Shown here one piece after another: positions 59,811-64,000 of a stretch of DNA of 64,000 bases. A model generated the notes under the pieces. It was not told the DNA's origin and made no database searches. It was given only the letters and a program-made list of their open reading frames with translations. Both the position numbers and the translations under genes were made by a program. How positions within the stretch are numbered: position 1 is the first letter of the stretch; each line of letters starts with the position of its first letter. Origin of the DNA: Verrucomicrobiota bacterium. GTDB lineage: Bacteria; Verrucomicrobiota; Verrucomicrobiia; Limisphaerales; AAA164-E04. The stretch is taken from the NCBI GenBank assembly GCA_047947115.1, contig CP170459.1, positions 3,072,001-3,136,000 on the forward strand, in the 5' to 3' direction.

Positions 59811-61199
59811 TTATTTCTCGGAATAGTTCGCTCCGTTGTCGGGTGGCATGGAACGGTGCCAGTCGAGGAGTTGGACGGTCAGATTGCGGGCAATTTCAAG
59901 GTGTTGCCGTGCCACGTTGGTGGTTTCACCACGATCTGTTTCCATATCATACAATTCCACATGGCTGCCATCGTACTCACACAGCAGCTTCCATTTTCCG
60001 CTTCGGACGGCCAGGTCGGGCAAATCATCCACGCCGTAAAAGGAGTCCCGGTCGGGAGGTCTGCGGAAAAAAATGGGAGCTTGACGGGATGCTTCAGATT
60101 GGCCAGTCAGTACTTTTGGCAGGGATTCACCATCGTAGATCACTCCTTGAGGTGGTTTTGCTCCAGCGATGTCCAGCAGGGTTGGAACCAAATCGATGGC
60201 GGAAAAAACGGAGTTACGATTCACCACGTTGGTCTTTTCAATCAAGGACGGGCCCCAGGCGATCAGAGAGGAACGTATACCGCCTTCGTAGAGGTGTGTC
60301 TTGTATCCCCGGAAGGGTCCCGCGACGCCGGCGCCCTGTTCCGGGCCGTTGTCCGAGCAGATGAGGATGAGTGTGTTGTCCCGGAGTTTGGGATTGTTTC
60401 TGACAAAATTAAATAGCCGACCGAACTGTCGATCCATCTCCTGGAGTACCGACAGGTACAGCTCCCGTTTTCCGCTGCCCCATTTATCTACCGGGGGCCA
60501 GAAGGGGCTGTGCACATCGTCCGGCCAGACATTGACGTAAAAGGGTTTGTTCTCTGACATCGCCTGTTCCATGAAAGGGAGGGCTTCATCGATGAAGCCG
60601 CTGGTGATCTTTGATCGTTGCATCCATCGAAATCCTTCGCCCAACCGTTCTGCATTGCCCCAGATTTTTCCGGGCTCCTTGTCGCCCGGTTTCAGAGTCA
60701 GTGGCAGGATTTTGGGCCCCATGCCTTCAAAGTTGGTCAATGAGGCGTCAAATCCATACTCTGTGATGGCGGGTGCTTCGTCCACATCACGTTGTCCTCC
60801 CATGTGCCACTTGCCGAAGTGTCCGGTCGCGTATCCTGCTTGGTTAAGTGAGCGCGCCAACATGGGCGCGGATGGATCGAGCCATTGCGCCATGCCCCGC
60901 TTTTCATTCATGGCGCGATGCGCGAGATAGGAGGTGATCTTCCATCGTTGGGGGTATTGACCGGTGGAAATGGCGGTGCGCGAAGGTGAACAGATGGGGG
61001 AGTTGACGTAGAACTGTTCAAAACGAATCCCTTCGCTTGCCATTTTGTCCACGTTGGGGGTTTGCGCCGCCTGGTTGCCAAAACAGGAAAAGTCGCCCCA
61101 GCCCATGTCGTCAATAAACACGAGGATGATGTTCGGTTTGGCGGCCTGGAGCGGTCCCAAGGTGAAAAGCAACGTTAGAATAAGGCTGAATCGCTTCAT
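59811..61199 (-). CDS. Sulfatase, secreted
   Basis: PNIILVFIDDMG, CSPSR, GKWH, SDNG and LYEGGIR. Confidence 0.93.
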   Translation of the reverse strand: MKRFSLILTLLFTLGPLQAAKPNIILVFIDDMGWGDFSCFGNQAAQTPNVDKMASEGIRFEQFYVNSPICSPSRTAISTGQYPQRWKITSYLAHRAMNEKRGMAQWLDPSAPMLARSLNQAGYATGHFGKWHMGGQRDVDEAPAITEYGFDASLTNFEGMGPKILPLTLKPGDKEPGKIWGNAERLGEGFRWMQRSKITSGFIDEALPFMEQAMSENKPFYVNVWPDDVHSPFWPPVDKWGSGKRELYLSVLQEMDRQFGRLFNFVRNNPKLRDNTLILICSDNGPEQGAGVAGPFRGYKTHLYEGGIRSSLIAWGPSLIEKTNVVNRNSVFSAIDLVPTLLDIAGAKPPQGVIYDGESLPKVLTGQSEASRQAPIFFRRPPDRDSFYGVDDLPDLAVRSGKWKLLCEYDGSHVELYDMETDRGETTNVARQHLEIARNLTVQLLDWHRSMPPDNGANYSEK

Positions 61200-61258
61200 G
61201 ATGTGAATGGTGGTTTTGATATGGATGATTCAGGTTTTGCCTTGAAATGCTTGAAGGG

Positions 61259-62149
61259 TCAACCCGCATTCAATTCCTTGAGATACGCCTGATACAATGT
61301 CCTTTCCAATGGGTGCAGGGGAATGGATCGGTTGTCAACGCGCTGAATGTGCACCAATCCATAGGAACATAAGGTGACAAACACCGAATCCGCACTTACG
61401 AGTTGCGCCAGATCGCAGGGCACCTCCGAGCATTCCAGTCCGAGGGATCTGGCCAATCTCAACATGAGTTGGCGTGTGGTGCCGTTCAGTATGCCGCATT
61501 CTGTTGTCGGGGTGAAAAGTTGGTTGCTCCGAATCAGAAACAGGTTGGCGGAACTGGTTTCCGTGAGATGATCATTCTCGTTGAGGACGATTCCATCGTC
61601 AAAGCCCGCGTCCATGGCTTCTTTTTTGATCAGGATTTGAAACAGTTTGTTCCCTGTTTTCCATTTGGGGATGGCCGAAAAGGACGGGGTGCGAATACGT
61701 GATGTATGGAGACTCCAACTGACAGGTTTATCCTCCGGCAGAGTCGGGGCTCGGTGCAGCGTGATCAAGCGGGTGGGGGTGGCCGAGTTGGAAGGCGCAT
61801 ACCCTCGAGGTCCCGGGCCGCGGGATACGTGGATGCGGGCCAGGCCTTGTTCGGTTTGGTTCTTCTTCAGTAATGCCTGAAGGTGTTCCACCCATTCACC
61901 CTTTTTTGCGAAGAGCGGCATGTTCAGAGCATCACATCCGGTCTGCAGTCGGGTCCAGTGTTGATCCCATTGAAACAGTTTGCCTTGATGGATGCGAATG
62001 GTCTCGAAAAGCCCATCCCCGTAGAGGAATCCGCGATCCATGACAGACACCGAAGCGGATGATGTTTCCACGATCTCGCCTTGCAGCCAGCACCATGGGT
62101 AGGTGCCGTCCATCCAGGTCAGGCTTGCTTTTTGGACTTGTGCCATCAT
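61259..62149 (-). CDS. Class IV aminotransferase (PabC/IlvE-like)
   Basis: DRGFLYGDGLFET, KT, E.SSANLF and GILNGTTR. Confidence 0.9.
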   Translation of the reverse strand: MMAQVQKASLTWMDGTYPWCWLQGEIVETSSASVSVMDRGFLYGDGLFETIRIHQGKLFQWDQHWTRLQTGCDALNMPLFAKKGEWVEHLQALLKKNQTEQGLARIHVSRGPGPRGYAPSNSATPTRLITLHRAPTLPEDKPVSWSLHTSRIRTPSFSAIPKWKTGNKLFQILIKKEAMDAGFDDGIVLNENDHLTETSSANLFLIRSNQLFTPTTECGILNGTTRQLMLRLARSLGLECSEVPCDLAQLVSADSVFVTLCSYGLVHIQRVDNRSIPLHPLERTLYQAYLKELNAG

Positions 62150-62459
62150 GTTGCGTCGGGTTTCCGAGTAAGTGTGGGTTTGAGCCTAGTTAAATGAACG
62201 CTGAGAGGGAAGCCTGTCTTTTCCATTGAATCCGAATAATCTTGCCTCGCTCTACTGGGTGAGCGTTCAATGGGATAACGTTTGAACGATTTGAATACCC
62301 AATGAGGACCGTGAACGATCTCCAGATCATTGATTTCAATGTAAAGTCCCTTCCAGAGGGAGTTGTTGCCGAAACAGGCGGAATGCTTCCATGCGATTTC
62401 TGCTGGATTCCGCGGTCCGCACGGGCAGGTTCTTGTATCAATATCCCATTCTGACTTAT

Positions 62460-63557
62460 ATGGCTTTAGATCCTAAAAGTATTCGACTTTTTGAAGACCT
62501 GTCGGAGGAGCAACTGGCCGGTTTGGATTCCAGTTGGCAATCGCGTCACTTTCAGGTGGAGACAGCCATTTTCAAGGAAGGGGATCCGGGGGATGGGATT
62601 TATCTGATTGCCGAAGGAGAAGTCAGTATTTCGGTCAAAATGCCCAACCAGCAGACCTGTCTGTTGGCCACCATTGAGACGGGTGATTTCTTCGGGGAGA
62701 TGGCCGTACTGGACCAGGGCCCGAGATCGGCAACGGTTACCGCCCTGAAACCCACTGAAGTCGTGTTCATTCCCAGGCAGGTCATTCTGGATCTTTTTCA
62801 TGCTTCATCGGAATTTGCCCTTAGACTGTTCAATGAAACCAGCGCCCGGCTGCGTGAGTTCAATCGTAAATATGTGGAAGAATTGCTCCAGGCAGAACGC
62901 CTGTCACTGGTCGGGAGATTTGCCCGGTCGATCGTTCATGATTTTAAAAACCCCCTGAATGTCATCCGGCTTGCGTCTGAGTTCGGTATTCATTCCGGAG
63001 CAGACGAAACGGCTCGACGCGAGATCCATGAGCGTATCTCGCTTCAGGTGGATCGCCTGAGTGACATGATCAATGAACTCCTTGAATTTACCCGGGGTGA
63101 TCGAGCCGAAGTTGTTTTGTCTCCCTCCAACTACGGGCATTTCATCAAAAACGTCGTGGCAGAGTTGGGCGCTGAAGCCATCGGCAAAGGAGTTGAGTTG
63201 GAGCTTGGCTCAGACTTGCCCGATCTCGAACTGAGCTTTGATCCCCGGCGATTGAAGCATGTCTTCCACAACCTGATCGCAAATGCCCTTGACGCCATGG
63301 ATGGAGGAGGGAAGGTCACCATCACCGTTCGCAAAAAGGACAATCACCTCGAAACGGACATCGAAGACACCGGCCCTGGTGTTCATCCTGATATCGCCAC
63401 CAGATTGTTTGACGCCTTTGCCACTTACGGCAAAAAGCAGGGGACGGGGCTTGGTTTGTCAATTTGTCAGAAAATCGTCCACGACCACCATGGAGAAATT
63501 GCCGCCTTACCCAATCCCGGCAAAGGAGCGCTCTTCCGCATCCTCCTCCCGCTCTGA
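62460..63557 (+). CDS. Cyclic-nucleotide-binding sensor histidine kinase
   Basis: cNMP domain FFGEMA...PRSAT; H-box HDFKNPL; NALDAM, DTGPG and GTGLGL. Confidence 0.9.
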   Translation: MALDPKSIRLFEDLSEEQLAGLDSSWQSRHFQVETAIFKEGDPGDGIYLIAEGEVSISVKMPNQQTCLLATIETGDFFGEMAVLDQGPRSATVTALKPTEVVFIPRQVILDLFHASSEFALRLFNETSARLREFNRKYVEELLQAERLSLVGRFARSIVHDFKNPLNVIRLASEFGIHSGADETARREIHERISLQVDRLSDMINELLEFTRGDRAEVVLSPSNYGHFIKNVVAELGAEAIGKGVELELGSDLPDLELSFDPRRLKHVFHNLIANALDAMDGGGKVTITVRKKDNHLETDIEDTGPGVHPDIATRLFDAFATYGKKQGTGLGLSICQKIVHDHHGEIAALPNPGKGALFRILLPL

Positions 63558-63580
63558 TCCTTTAATTCCCGTCCAAACAA

Positions 63581-64000
63581 TCAGCGTGCAGCAAGGAAGG
63601 CTTTTAGTTTTTCCGCTGTTTTGCCGCCGAAGCCAGGAACGATGGCGATTTCTTCCAGGGTGGCTGTTTTGAGGCGTTGGACCGAGCCGAATTTTTTGAG
63701 CAGGGCCGCCTTGCGATGTCGGCCAATGCCGGGGAATTCATCCAGGAGGCTTTCTGAGATTTTCTTCAGGCGAAGCTGAGCGTTGAATGTGTTGGCGAAT
63801 CGATGGGATTCGTCGCGAACCCTTTGAAGCAGTTTTAGGGCGCCGGATCGATGGTCCAGCCGGATGGGATCCGATTCGCCCGGACGGTAGATCTCTTCGA
63901 ATTCCTTCGCCAGGCCGATGATGGGAATGTGGGATAATCCCAGTTTGTCCAGTTCCTCACAGGCCATGCCGAGTTGTCCCTTTCCTCCGTCGATCAGGAT
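63581..64000 (-). CDS. uvrC: Excinuclease ABC subunit C, C-terminal part (5'-partial)
   Basis: ILIDGGKGQL, GLAK, RVRDESHRFA and HhH motifs PGIG and PGFG. Confidence 0.95.
   Translation of the reverse strand: MLIDGGKGQLGMACEELDKLGLSHIPIIGLAKEFEEIYRPGESDPIRLDHRSGALKLLQRVRDESHRFANTFNAQLRLKKISESLLDEFPGIGRHRKAALLKKFGSVQRLKTATLEEIAIVPGFGGKTAEKLKAFLAAR

Noticed and set aside
10352..60416. Long antisense ORFs (for example 10352-11119, 13931-14755, 20415-21179, 27863-28720, 36218-37348, 59796-60416)
   Set aside because: They are shadows of well-supported genes on the opposite strand and show no family motifs.

Overview
Gene-dense bacterial chromosome segment, most likely Verrucomicrobiota (PVC). This is inferred from a DUF1501 gene, three sulfatases, an H-X9-DG prepilin-like gene and the ClpC N-terminus. 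It holds about 52 intact CDS covering envelope (lnt, cls, lpxB, separated lptF and lptG, GT4/GT9/GT2), carbohydrate and sulfate catabolism, glcD/glcF, xerD, clpC and a partial uvrC. Three genes are broken by in-frame TAA codons: a collapsed hybrid kinase, a doc toxin and a hypothetical. Several REP/REPIN-like repeat families and a heptamer tandem repeat occur. I found no rRNA, tRNA, CRISPR array or transposase. Best leads: (1) a translationally coupled pair at 18448-21668 resembling an atypical MotA/ExbB + MotB/ExbD ion-driven motor, whose B subunit carries a ~240-aa coiled coil and a degenerate trypsin-like domain; (2) a sigma54-promoted, multi-hairpin, terminator-ended ~190-nt RNA at 42866-43055; (3) an orphan minimal flagellin with a sigma28 promoter and CsrA-type hairpin, preceded by a second sigma28 promoter over a GGA-rich region with no clear gene. 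All calls come from reading motifs by eye; no searches were run.
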